Source of the DNA: Octopus sinensis
Taxonomy: Eukaryota
NCBI RefSeq assembly: GCF_006345805.1
Contig: NC_043001.1
Span: 72,602,001 to 72,666,000, forward strand
Direction: 5' to 3'
DNA: 64,000 bases
Below the pieces are notes generated by a model. It was not told where the DNA came from, did not search any database, and worked only from the letters and a program-made list of their open reading frames with translations. The position numbers were made by a program, and so were the translations under genes. Below, piece by piece: positions 37,738 to 50,306 of this stretch (the stretch's first letter is position 1; every line of letters begins with the position of its first letter).

Positions 37738-37940
37738 TCTACTCTAGGCACAATACCCGAAATTTTGGGGGAGGGGGATAGTCGATTAGATCGACCCTAG
37801 TACACAACTGGTACTTAATTTATCGACCCCGAAAGGATGAAAGGCATAGTCGACCTCGGCGACTCAGAACGTGAAGATTGACGAAATACCGCTAAGTATT
37901 TCACTCGGCGTACTAACGTTTCTGCCAGCTCGCCGCCTTA
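37738..37940 (-). mobile_element. Family-B SINE
   Basis: Full tail, core and head on minus, ending ctgccagctcgccgcct. Confidence 0.85.
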
Positions 37941-37959
37941 GAGATGTGTATTATTAAAT

Positions 37960-38200
37960 TCCGATGAGCGGCGAGCGTGCGTTAGGGCGTCAGACAAAAT
38001 ACAATACCGCATTTCGTCCAGGTCTTAACATTCTGGTTTGAAACCTCTCCGTGGTTAACTATGCTATTTATCCTTCGAGATTGATAAAATGAAATACCGG
38101 TGACGTATTGGAAATCATGATATCAACAAACCTCCATTCTCGCAAACTTGTTGGCCTTGTGTCTAAATTAGAAGCCATTATTAGCAGTTATAGGGTGGTG
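37960..38200 (+). mobile_element. Family-B SINE, diverged
   Basis: gagcggcgag..gttaggg..tatccttcgagattgataaaat..ttggccttgtgtc. Confidence 0.7.
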
Positions 38201-38467
38201 GGTTAATGGAAGAGTTTTGAGGTATTATTTCCAGTATTTACCTTCGTAAATCTAATCTTCTGAGATCAACTTTGCGTTTCATTCTTCTTTTCAAGATCGA
38301 CAAAATAAAGTACCGGTCAAAAACTGGGGTTTTTATAAGTGTTTAAGTTCGCCCTCAGCTTGTTGACCTTTTCTATCAGAAAAATCTACATTGATACACA
38401 TACACACACGTTTGTTTGTGTGTCGTTTTATGTTTACAATGTGTGATCGTGTGTGCGTGAGTGTGTT

Positions 38468-38528
<61 letters not shown>

Positions 38529-38799
38529 TTATGTGTCTTGTTTCTATGTTTACAATGGTTTACAAACCGGTGTTATTATTCAGGTTGCGTCTCTTTATGT
38601 CCATTAATCTCTGCATACACATTATACATGGATACAATCAAAACGATTAATTTCAGTTGGATATATTACATATATACATGCATGCATGCATATACATACA
38701 TACATACATACATACATACATACATACATACATACATACATACATACATACATGCAAACATATATATATATAAATATATATATATACATACACATACAT

Positions 38800-38852
<53 letters not shown>

Positions 38853-39115
38853 TAAGAATAAAAATATGTGCACAGCTGAAAGGAATGAAAAAATGTTGAT
38901 TTATTAGCCACAACACAGACTTGATAGTTATATTCGCGGAATCAATAACATATGTCTGTATAAAGTAGTAGAAAACTGATTTTTTATATCGAATTTATGA
39001 TGGTTGCCATTTTTATATATATTCTCGAAGAAAATACGTAACTTTCACATCATACTGATGTCGACGTGGCAGGGAGATAAACTATAGTATCAGTGGCACT
39101 CGATAACAACCAATC

Positions 39116-39213
<98 letters not shown>

Positions 39214-39462
39214 CATTAGAAAGACACCAATTTGTCTATCTGTTTATCTATCTGAAAAGCGAGATCTCAATCTATCTATGTGTCTATCTAGCCACCTACT
39301 TTGCTGCCGGCCTGCCTTGCCAGATCTTGTCAACTATAATTGCAGAGAGTCATTTGCAATATGAATTCTGGTTGAGTATAAACTAATTTCCACTAGCATG
39401 GAACCTCAGGTTCCAGAAAGGTAACACATTTGCATTAAAAAGAATTATATATATACACATGT

Positions 39463-39541
<79 letters not shown>

Positions 39542-40001
39542 TGTGTGTATGAAGAATATACAGCAATAAATAATCCAGGTGGGTACCGGAAGAGCTCTGA
39601 GGTATAGTCCAGGTTCCCCGCTAACCACATAAGTAGTAAGAAGCACCAAGGACCGTTTAGGATGAGCAATCTCACCGTAATTCTTCTGTTGGGTAAATTC
39701 GGGTTCGCTTCGCTAGATTATGAATATTTTCTGGGCTGTAAATCCAAAACAATTACGAAGAATACGGTGACTGGTACATCTTCAAATTTTTATTTTAATT
39801 TAACAGTTAATTTTACAGCATAGATAGTTAGAATGACCGACACATGTTTCTGTTGCATAGAGTATGTGCTGTTATGCATGCAACCCTCGATAATCTGCCA
39901 TATAGCTTCATTCAGGATATTTCCACAAGCGTGGTTCATGTATGTATGTATGTATATATGTACATATGTATGTATGTGTGTATTTACTTATATGTTTGTG
40001 T

Positions 40002-40100
<99 letters not shown>

Positions 40101-40269
40101 ACTGCCCATTTTCCGGATACTGTTAAATGAGAACTTCCTTTTAGCCGGATGAAATTACGACAAGGTATAAGAAATTTTCGCATTCGCCATATTTAGTTTA
40201 TTTAATTGCTATAGAGAGCGTTGCAAGCTGTGTTCATTTCTCAAATGGTTTACCCTGCAACATTCGGTT

Positions 40270-40620
40270 AGTTAAGCACTTCATACCTATCTTTCACCCA
40301 GGTATCACCGTGAGTTGTTTCGAGCAATGTGATTTTCTGGGGTGCATAAATATTGATGTTGTCATGGATACGTTCGATTCCCTTCTTCATGTGTCCCAGA
40401 GCTCCGATGACTACTGCTATTATTTTGGTCTTCATATTCCTCATCCTGTTGATTTCAATGCCTGGGCCTTTGTACTTGGTCACCTTCTCTGCAACTTTTA
40501 TGGAGGTGTTTCTTCCGTCATGTCTGTTGACTTTTGTCTTTCTGTTAGTGTGGATAGGCATGTACCAGATGATGGCGACATCATTGTTGTCAGCGACCAC
40601 GTTTGGCTAATGTTCATACA
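40270..40620 (-). mobile_element. R4/Dong RLE C-terminal fragment with internal deletion
   Basis: IIWYMPIHTNRKTKVNR|..EKVTKYKGPGIEINRM..TKIIAVVIGALG. The PD..D catalytic segment is missing. Confidence 0.7.
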
Positions 40621-41057
40621 ATTTCTTTTTTTATTTTACTTTTACATAACTCCTGCATATTTTCCAGTGTAGGTGCGCCGTAGCCGTGTTAACCCTGTGG
40701 ATATGTTTAGTCTATGCTAGTTTATAACGATTATTATTTTCTATATATTAATACTCTAAGGCCAAATGCGTCACAGTATCACGTGGTTAGCTGAAAGGCG
40801 TGGCGAAAAGCAAGAGAGAAAAGGCAGAGAGAAAAGGCAGAGAGAAAAAGGAGAGAGAGAGAGAAAGAAAGAGGGAAAAAGAGGCAGAGAGGAAAAAAGA
40901 AAAGAGGAAGGTAGAAGTGTTAACAATTTGAGGTAGGGGAAAAGTAATAGTCATCACGTGATTAAAAGTTGGCTGAAGGGAGTGATATAAGGAAAGAGGG
41001 TTAGAATACTACCTTGAGCAGAGGGGTGATGTTCTGGTGATAAGTTTAAAGGAAAGC

Positions 41058-41100
<43 letters not shown>

Positions 41101-41305
41101 GACAAGGGAGGGTAGATATATTAAAAGTGAGAAGCAGAGAAAGAGAGAGAGAGAGCAGTGACGTTATTACCAGCCGATGCATTATGCAGTCACGTTGTTA
41201 GTGGAAGTACGAAGTGAAGAGAAAGAGAAAGACAGAAATGATAACGACGTGAAGAGGGAAATGACATGGTTAAAAAGTTTGTTAATGTAAGAGGTAGAGA
41301 GAAAT

Positions 41306-41363
<58 letters not shown>

Positions 41364-41934
41364 AGTGTTTAGCTGAGGGAAATTTTAATTTTTTATATCT
41401 TCTATTCGTCGATCTGTTCATCTACCCATTCACATTGACAAACACATCGATGGGTGGATGGTAGAAAGAAGGTTTGTATTAGATATAATAATAAACATAT
41501 CGCAGACAACGTAGAAGGCAAAATATGAATCAAAGAGAAAACAGTGAGTATTTACCACAGATAAGAGGAATATGTTCTAGATAGAATAGAAAATAAAAAG
41601 GAGAGAGAGAACGCCAAAAAAAAAAAAAATACTGTAAATACATGGTTGAAAGTTACAACATTGGTGACATGAATATTCTCTGTAATCACTGTGAAGCTCT
41701 TAGATTTATAAATGAATCTTTGGACTGCTGAGAGAATAAGAAAGCCATACTCATTCAATAACAGCCATATCCAGAATTGAAAGGTTTTTGAAAATGAAAA
41801 TAATGTAGGATATACTAATTCAAAAGCAACTAATTTTTATACTATATAAACTTCCAACCGTCTAAACAAATTTCGTATTTACTGTAGAATCTCCACAAGT
41901 ATTATTATTATTATTATTGCTATTATTATTGTTG

Positions 41935-41971
<37 letters not shown>

Positions 41972-42249
41972 TAGTGTTCACGAATGTTTTTCACTCAAAA
42001 TTAATATCCTCGTTACCAGACACAACAAGTTTCCTCAGATATCGAGGTCCTTTCTTACAATCCTTCCAGTTCCCAATAGAGCAGATTTCTGAATTAATGC
42101 AACTCTTGTGGTTACACCAATCTCAATAAGGGAACTGCTAAATCTGTTGGTGACGGTTTCTAAGACATAACGCTTTGAAATATGCAAAGATATAGGTTTT
42201 TATTATTATCACCATCATCATCATCATCATTATCATAATAATAATAATA

Positions 42250-42289
<40 letters not shown>

Positions 42290-42319
42290 TATTATTATTA
42301 TTATTATTATTAGTATTAT

Positions 42320-44668
42320 CTTTTTTTTTTCTTCTTTCAAATTTGCTTCCATTTCTTGTCGAGTGTCTTCCCGACTCCTAGAGCAAAGAAACTCATAGTA
42401 TACATTGGTAGGCCATTAAACTAAACTCACTAGTTCGTTCATTTTGTTTTAAGTTAAATTAAAATACATGGGTAGTAATAGTTCTCACATCGACAATGCT
42501 CTTCTCAATACGTGTGATGTACCAGTTAAGACAATCTTTTGCACTTCTTGCAGGGATGGTAAGCCAGGGATCATTCTCATATAATTTTCGGTTCCCTTCT
42601 TGATCATTCCTAGTGCTTCTACGATCACTGGTATTGTAACCGCCTTGAGATGCCACATTTTCTCAATTTCAATGAGCAGATCTTTATATTTTCTGAGCTT
42701 GTCAAACTCTTTCGCCGAGATATTATGATCACAGGGGATGCTCATGTCAATCAATAAGCAAACTTTATTGTTTTGGTCTTTCACAACAATATCTGGTTTA
42801 TTGGCTTTGATGGTTCGGTCTGTATGTACTGGAAAGTCCCACAGAATCGTTACATTTTCTCCTTCAGTTACAGCTTCAGGGTGGTGATTATACCACTTGT
42901 CGGCAGTTTTGATATTGTAATGCCGACTTATTAGCCAGTGTAGATATTGGCCAACTCTGTCATGTCTTAATGTATACTCCACTGGTGCTAAGACTTTATG
43001 TCCAGAGATTAGGTGGTCCACTGTTTCAATCATGTTGTTGCAGAATCGGCATTTTGGGTCTGCTCCATTTTTCATCACATTGGCCTGGTAGTTCCGGGTT
43101 AATAGGCTTTGATCTTGAGCAGCCAGGATGAAACCTTCGCTCTCTGCTTTTAGCCCTGAGCTCCGTAGCCACTGATGGGTTTGCTTCTGGTCAACATCAG
43201 CTTGTTTGCTGCGGGCCACATATTTGCCGTGCAGAGGTTTCTCCTCCCACCTATCAGCCAATTGCTCGTACGCTTTTTTCGTTGCCATTATATTCACCTT
43301 CTTTGCAACAATAGTTGCCGTACTTCCCTCCGGTTGTTCAGTTCGGGTATCCTGCACGAGATCAATAGCAAATTTTTTGTTTTCCTTTATGATAGAATGA
43401 AGCTTCTTTCGTCTCTCGTGATTTTCCACGAGCTTTAGCATCCAGTCATTCGTTATTTCAAGATATTTGGCCAGTCCAATTGTGGTTGTTTTGTAAGCTA
43501 GTTCAAATTGGATCAGGCCTCGACCTCCTTGGGCTCTGGGAAGGTAAAGGCGATCTACGTCTGCCTTTGGGTGGTGCATCCTATTACAACTCAGCAGCTT
43601 GCGTATTTTCCTATCTATATTCTTTACTTCACTCATATTCCATTTCAGCACATTGTAGCTATAAGTACCAACTGGAACTGCTAAGGAATTTATAGCTAAC
43701 ACCTTGTTACGTGCATTTAGTTCAGATTTCAGGACTGCACGAACTCTCCTATAACATTCCTTCCTGATCTTCTCTTTCATGCTTGCATGCTGAATACCAG
43801 AGCCTTCATTTATCCCTAAATATTTGTATGTTTGTTCTCTTATGACTGTGTCAACATCTAACACGACTGAATTTGTGGTCTTCACTTTCCCTTTCTGGAA
43901 AGTGGCCTTGGCACACTTCTCAAGCCCAAACTCCATCCCGATGTCATCGCTGAATGCTTTCACAGTGCGCAATAAGCCTTCAAGTTCATTATCGTCTTTA
44001 CCATAGAGTTTTAAGTCATCCATATAAAATAGATGGCTTATTTTTTTATTGGCAATTTTATACCCATACCCTGTTCTGTTTAATTCACTTGTAAGGGGTA
44101 TTAGGGCTATGCAGAATATTAAAGGTGAAAGTGAGTCACCTTGAAAAATTCCACAGTTGATATTTATATTTTCTGAGGCAAGTACTCCATTAGAGTGGTA
44201 TAATTGGAGATTCGTATTCCACAACGACATATTGTGCTTCAGGAAGCTTGCAATCACAGGGGAAATTTTGAAGATGTCCAGCGATCTCAAGATCCATGGA
44301 TGCGGTATACTGTCGAAGGCCTTTTTATAGTTAATCCATGCGGAGCTGAGATTTCTGCGCTTGTTGTGACAGTTCTCAAGGATCATACGATTAATTAGCA
44401 GTTGATCTTTGCATCCGTATGAGCCTCGGCGGCACCCTTTTTGTTCAATGGTGAACATATCGTTCTTCTCCATGAATGAATATGTTTTCTCCGCCAGGAT
44501 AGATGTTAGGATTTTATACGTGGTGGATAGACAGGTTATAGGCCGATAGTTTTTTTGGAAGGTTGATTTCGTTATTCTTTGGGAGTAGGTAGTAATACCA
44601 CTTGCTAACCATTCAGGTGTTTTCTTTGGGTCTCTCATAATTCCATTGAGCAGCTGAACTAGCTTACT
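42320..44668 (-). mobile_element. R4/Dong-clade non-LTR retrotransposon, young, 5'-truncated, flanked by (TAA)n
   Basis: Open RT-zinc knuckle-RLE frame, 3' UTR and short A-tract, with TAA repeats on the sense strand at both ends. Confidence 0.92.
42485..44638 (-). CDS. RT + zinc knuckle + restriction-like endonuclease ORF (717 aa, lacks N-terminus)
   Basis: NYRPITCL, INYKKAFDSIPH, GIFQGDSLSPL, LFYMDDLKLY, YKYLG, CRFC..ETVDHLISGH, RHD, KPDIVV..LLIDMSIP..KLRKY. Confidence 0.92.
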   Translation of the reverse strand: MRDPKKTPEWLASGITTYSQRITKSTFQKNYRPITCLSTTYKILTSILAEKTYSFMEKNDMFTIEQKGCRRGSYGCKDQLLINRMILENCHNKRRNLSSAWINYKKAFDSIPHPWILRSLDIFKISPVIASFLKHNMSLWNTNLQLYHSNGVLASENININCGIFQGDSLSPLIFCIALIPLTSELNRTGYGYKIANKKISHLFYMDDLKLYGKDDNELEGLLRTVKAFSDDIGMEFGLEKCAKATFQKGKVKTTNSVVLDVDTVIREQTYKYLGINEGSGIQHASMKEKIRKECYRRVRAVLKSELNARNKVLAINSLAVPVGTYSYNVLKWNMSEVKNIDRKIRKLLSCNRMHHPKADVDRLYLPRAQGGRGLIQFELAYKTTTIGLAKYLEITNDWMLKLVENHERRKKLHSIIKENKKFAIDLVQDTRTEQPEGSTATIVAKKVNIMATKKAYEQLADRWEEKPLHGKYVARSKQADVDQKQTHQWLRSSGLKAESEGFILAAQDQSLLTRNYQANVMKNGADPKCRFCNNMIETVDHLISGHKVLAPVEYTLRHDRVGQYLHWLISRHYNIKTADKWYNHHPEAVTEGENVTILWDFPVHTDRTIKANKPDIVVKDQNNKVCLLIDMSIPCDHNISAKEFDKLRKYKDLLIEIEKMWHLKAVTIPVIVEALGMIKKGTENYMRMIPGLPSLQEVQKIVLTGTSHVLRRALSM

Positions 44669-44672
44669 ATTA

Positions 44673-44738
<66 letters not shown>

Positions 44739-44742
44739 CATT

Positions 44743-45294
44743 GAGTGAGGAGCAGTTCATTCCATCAAAGTGACACTGGGGTAAAATATACGAAGCCCAA
44801 TATACCCATCATGACTACCCGTCTGATAAAGGTACACCAGGCACATGCATCACAACCATATGTGCGCGACATGGTGATCTCATGTCAAGATAAACAGCAC
44901 ATGACCTTGCAGGTGGGGCCCAGTTAGAATTTTCTTCAGGTTGAGTAGCCCATCCCGCTCAAACGGTCCCTGAATAAGGGTTGTTTAAGGATGTTGAAAG
45001 AACCACCCATGTTTCCAGAGGTGAACTATTCAAACCCCAAAGAATCCCTCTCAACACATGGCTATGATGCTCCCCCACTACTTCTGCTCGTGATCAGAGA
45101 TGCACATATCGTCAGCCACTAAGGGACATGCTCAACTGGTTAAGGTCAAACAACTGACAAGCAAATCTGTGGTATTGAGCAGAATATTTACTGTAGCCCA
45201 TCTTTTATACCAGACAAAACAATGTACATGATAACACTTCCAATCAGTTAAGATCAGAAGCCATGAAAGCCACTGCCTGGTACTGCATCAGGGC

Positions 45295-45296
<2 letters not shown>
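44743..45296 (-). mobile_element. Non-coding element resident in (TAA)n arrays (copy 1, both ends present)
   Basis: Reverse complement of 58693-59197 plus about 100 extra bp ending tactgcatcagggcat; ATT repeats on both sides. Confidence 0.75.
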
Positions 45297-45374
<78 letters not shown>

Positions 45375-45410
45375 TATTATTAATTGTTTATTATTATCAT
45401 TATTATTTTA

Positions 45411-45945
45411 TTGTCTTTGCACAGCTTCTAACGCTGGAGATGTACTACTGTGTCAATTATTATTATTATTATATTATTATATATTATTATTTTATTATTA
45501 TTATTATATTATTATTATTATTATTGTTATTATTATCATTATTATTTTATTGTCTTTGCACAGCTTCTAACGCTGGAGATGTACTACTGTGTCAGCTGTT
45601 CACTACCAGTGAACTAAGGTAACACCCTTTATTTTTCGAGCACCACCCGGAGTATTCGAGCGTTTCCAAGCAGTGCTGTTTTCTGCAAGTGCTCCACCCT
45701 TATTGCGGCCCCTATTTGTTCCATGTACTTCTCAAAATTTTTACTCACTGTTCCCAGGGCGCCCGACAATTATTGGTACTACTACCACCTTTTTCAGCGA
45801 CCACAACTGCATAACATCCCAAGCTAACCTGTTAAACCTATCAAATTTTCTTTCTTCCTTATCGCATACCTTGTTGTCAGCTGGGTATGCTATATCTATG
45901 ATCCAGCAACGTTTGCTTTCTTTCTCAATTAACACTGTTTGTTGG
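45411..45945 (-). mobile_element. Second R4/Dong family, RLE plus 3' UTR, with duplicated terminus
   Basis: CWIIDIAYPADNKVCDKEERKFDRFNRLAWDVMQLWSLKKVVVVPIIVG..LQKTALLGNARIL; terminal 45 bp present twice. Confidence 0.85.
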
Positions 45946-45971
45946 ATTATTATTATTATTATTATTATTAT

Positions 45972-46004
<33 letters not shown>

Positions 46005-46037
46005 TATTATTATTATCATTATTATCATTATTATTAA

Positions 46038-46085
<48 letters not shown>

Positions 46086-46090
46086 CATTA

Positions 46091-46128
<38 letters not shown>

Positions 46129-46190
46129 ATCATCATCATCATCATCATCATCATCATTATTATTATTATCATTATTATCATTATTATTAA

Positions 46191-46289
<99 letters not shown>

Positions 46290-46371
46290 TATTCTGTAGT
46301 CTTATTTTTATCACGTGCTTTCATTGCACTACCGAGCACAGCTCTGTGTGCCTTGGGTATTATTATTATTA

Positions 46372-46418
<47 letters not shown>

Positions 46419-46430
46419 TATTATTATAAG
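45946..46430. repeat. (ATT)n/(ATC)n microsatellite with an internal higher-order repeat
   Basis: The ataatcatcatc..attaatattatt block occurs near 45971 and again near 46126. Confidence 0.9.
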
Positions 46431-47441
46431 TTACTTATTTGTCATGAATTGTATTACAGAATATTTTATTCTTACATTGATGCTGTGCTTTGTTATTGAA
46501 CTGAAAAGTGCCATAGTGCTTATCATAGTGTTTATCAGTCGTATTTCCTTTTCAGGCTCCTTGTCTTTATTTAAATGTTCTATCATGTGTGACAACAATG
46601 AATTCTCGTCATCTTTAGAGATTTCGTAATTACTATCTTTGGTAAATTTGGAATTCTGGAGGAATATTTTCTTATATATTTGTGTGTGCATGCATGTATA
46701 TGTATTATAATTTTTGCGATAATTTACTTGTTCTTCCGTCTTCTCCATGTATATTATCGATGTGGGATGCCACAATCACCTATTAAAATCATCAGGTCGT
46801 TATGGTCATCGCCATCATCTTCATTATAATCACCATCACCACCACTACCACTGCCACCGCCATCACCACCACCACCACCACAATCACCAACACTAACACC
46901 ACCACCACTCCTATGTCATCATCATCGTCGTCGTCAGCGTTATCATCGTCAGCGTCACTGTCATCATCACTGTCATCACCATCACTACCATTAATTCTAC
47001 CATTATTACATCCATTTCAACAACCACCATTTACCTCACCACTCTACCATTTTTCATTTGTCACCAAGACACTTAACACATTGACACACTGCAAATAATA
47101 ACAATCCTTTCTGCTATTGGCACAAAGCCTAAAATTTTGGGGAAAGGAGCTAATCAATTACATTTGCCCCAGTGTTCTATTGTTACTTGTTTTATCGACC
47201 CCAAAAGTCGACACACTGGTAACAATAAAACAGTGAAACAAAATTTTTGTTTATTTATATATTTTTGTCTTTGGTCAGTAAGTGTTATTTCCTATTTGCT
47301 TCTATCTAGAAATCAAAGGAAATTACTACTATTCCCTTCACACGTTGCTTTTGTGACCTGGACATCAATGTTTTGAAACCGACCTATTTTCCATTACATT
47401 TCAGACAAATTCAGCGCTCAGTTGCTGAAGCAGAAATATCA

Positions 47442-47610
47442 TTATAGTAAATATTCTGCTCAATACCACAGATTTGCTTGTCATTTCCTTGACCTTGACC
47501 ACTTGAGCATATTCCTTAGTCGCTGACATTGTGTGCATCTCTGATCATGAACAGGAGTAGCGGCGGAGCACCGTAGCTATATGCGGAGGGGGATTCTTTG
47601 GGGGTTTGAA
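47442..47610 (+). mobile_element. Diverged internal fragment of the TAA-resident element
   Basis: agtaaatattctgctcaataccacagatttgcttgtca..gtgcatctctgatc..gggattctttggg. Confidence 0.7.
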
Positions 47611-47799
47611 TGAATGTAGGAAAAGCAAAGTTTGAAGGAAATATTAATTATTTTCCATGCTTTCTAGAGGTAAGCAAATAGAAAATAACAGTTCCTATCC
47701 AAGGACAAAACTCGTATTATACAGTGTAATAGCAGATATTGAATCATTGACAACAATGCTATTCACAAATTGACACATTGGTACATTGGCAATAAATGT

Positions 47800-48620
47800 T
47801 CCTAACATAAGCATAAAGCCTGCATTATTTTAAGAGGAGAAGTTGTCGATACTGTCGGCCACTGTACTTAACTGGGGTTTTATTTTATTGATCCTAAAGA
47901 GATGAAAGGTAAATTTGAACTCGACAGGATTTGAACCTAGAAAGTAAAGAATCAAAACGAATACTACAAAGTATTTTTTCTTATACACCATTATTAATAA
48001 TAGTTTCAAATTTAGCTCAAGACCAAGGTGTTAGATGATGCCATTGAACGTGTACTTTTGGCGTGTACTTTATTTTATCGACCCCCTAAGGATAAAAGGT
48101 AATGTTGATTTCACTATTTGAACTCAGGGATGTAAAGAGCCAGGCCAAATTCTGACACTCTAACTATTCTGTTAGCTCACCGACATTGCGTACGTTGTTA
48201 ATAACTAAATCTGATATACATACACAAAATAATATGTATGGTCGATTAAATATTGACTTAAACATATGACAACATTCTTTCAGTTTCCACTATCAAATCC
48301 ACTCACAAGGTTTTGGTTGACCCGAGGCTATGCTAGAAGATACTTGCCCATGATGCAACGCAGTGGGACTGAATCCGGGACTATGTGGTAGAGAAATAAC
48401 TTCTTTTTTTTCTTTGTTGCCCACAAGGGGCTAACCAGAGAGGGGACAAACAAGGACAAAGGGATTAAGTCGATTACAGCGACCCCCAGTGCGTCACTGG
48501 TACTTAATTTGAAAGGCAAAGTCGACCTCGGCGGAATTTGAACTCAGAACGTAGCGGCAGACGAAATATCGCTAAGCATTTCGCCCGGCGTACTAACGTT
48601 TCTGCCAGCTCGCCGCCTTC
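47800..48620 (-). mobile_element. Cluster of SINEs: two diverged B, one A head/core, one dimer-type B
   Basis: Repeated core motifs, all on minus; dimer spacer cccacaaggggctaa..gacaaacaaggac at about 48420. Confidence 0.75.
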
Positions 48621-48773
48621 TTACTACACAGCTACATCATAGAGATTCTACATTAAAATCTGGATTTGTCGGACCTGATTTACTCTCTCCGAGATCGATA
48701 AATTTGTTCCCAATCGTATACATACATACATACATACATACATACATACATACATACATACATACATACATAC

Positions 48774-49305
48774 AAAAAGAGAACACCTATGCTGAACTAC
48801 TGAGAAAGCTGCACTTACTCTATCCAGATTACAAGTTCAGGTTTATACCTGTAATTATTGGGTCCCTGGGATTTGTAACACACTGCCTAAATACCAATCT
48901 TGAGAAGTTAGGTTTCTCAAAATCAGAAAAGAGAAAGCTATTTCGAAGACTACAGATCCAATCCAACACTGGAACTGTAAATATCTGTAAAACTTTCCAG
49001 AAGTTTATCATATAAATATATATGAGCATGTTTAGATTTGTAACTATATGCATGAGAATGCATACATAAAACAAACAAATCTGCACATACATATATACAT
49101 GCATGCATACATACATAAATACATACATACATGCATACATACATGCATACATACATACATGCATACATACATACATACAAACAAACAAACAAACAAAAAT
49201 ACCCTGTTTCTGATGCTGAAATTCCAATGAAGGAACCTTGGATCTAGGTTAGAAACCGGTTCATTCTCTATTGGCTAGAAATCTTGAAATAAACTGAATA
49301 ATGAC
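48774..49305 (+). mobile_element. 3' end of an RLE non-LTR element embedded in (TACA)n, with an internal (ATAC)n
   Basis: YAELLRKLHLLYPDYKFRFIPVIIGSLG..LQIQSNTGTVNICKTFQKFII*, then UTR, microsatellite and a unique 100-bp end. That the last 100 bp belong to the element is inferred. Confidence 0.7.
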
Positions 49306-49307
49306 AT

Positions 49308-49342
<35 letters not shown>

Positions 49343-50146
49343 TATATATGTATGTATATACATACATATATATGTATGTATATACATACAGACATACATA
49401 CATAATAGATATATATATAAATACATACATATATATACACACACACACGTATATATAATATATATATATATATGGCGGTGCCCCAGCATGGCCACAGCTC
49501 ATAAGCTGAAACTAGAATCAATCAATCAATCATACATGCATGCATACGCACACATATATGAACATATGTATGTACGTATGTATGTATGCATGTATGTATA
49601 TATGTATGTATGTATTCTTGATTGGATGGATGGATGTGTGCGAATCTTTGTGTTTCTTATTGTCCTTTCGCCAATTGACAACAGGTATTGGTTAGTTTAC
49701 GTCTCCATGACTATAACTTGGCTGTTCGACAATAATAACTGTTACAGTAAGTATTGGGCCTAAAATAAATAAGGACTGAGGTGAATCGTTCGACTAAAGG
49801 AATCCTTTAAAGCAGTGCCCCAACATGACCATGGTCCAGCGATTGAAATAAGTAAAAGATAAAAGATAATAATAACCAGTATAAATGCTGGTATGTTGGT
49901 TGGTTTGTTGATTGATGTCTCCGGTCACGTTCTACATCGTAGAGAGAGATGGGTGGAGGAGTAAACGAGAGATACAAACACAGCTAACACAAGCAGTGCA
50001 GAATAAGTGTCTTATAAATTTCCATAAAATAGACAAGTTTTTAAATGAAATTTTGCAGACATAGGTTTTCGATAGAGCAGATATTGTTATTCCATACATA
50101 CAAACGAATAATTTGTTGTATTTGATATTATTCAAAGGTAATAAAT

Positions 50147-50295
50147 ATGTGGTAAGAGGTTTGCTTTTCAACTACGTGGTTCCAGTTTCAGTTCCACTGC
50201 GTGGCAACTTGGACAAGTGTCTTCTATTAAAGCCTTGGGCCGACCAAAGCCTAGTGAGTGGATTTGGTAGACGGAAACTAAAAGAAACCTGTCGT
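50147..50295 (+). mobile_element. Family-A SINE head and core
   Basis: cagttccactgcgtggcaac..gaccaaagcc..gtggatttggtagacggaaact. Confidence 0.75.
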
Positions 50296-50306
50296 AAACA
50301 TATATA

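Noticed and set aside
40688-40700. TTAACCCT as a piggyBac end
   Set aside because: No matching opposite terminus found.
45270-45296. Hairpin loop ATGCAGTAC resembling U2 snRNA stem-loop IV
   Set aside because: The match is too short, lacks one U of AUUGCAG, and there is no other U2 similarity.
49220-49275. Stem plus GAAACCGGTTC as a hammerhead
   Set aside because: The upstream core reads CCAATGA, not CUGANGA; kept only as a structured 3' end.
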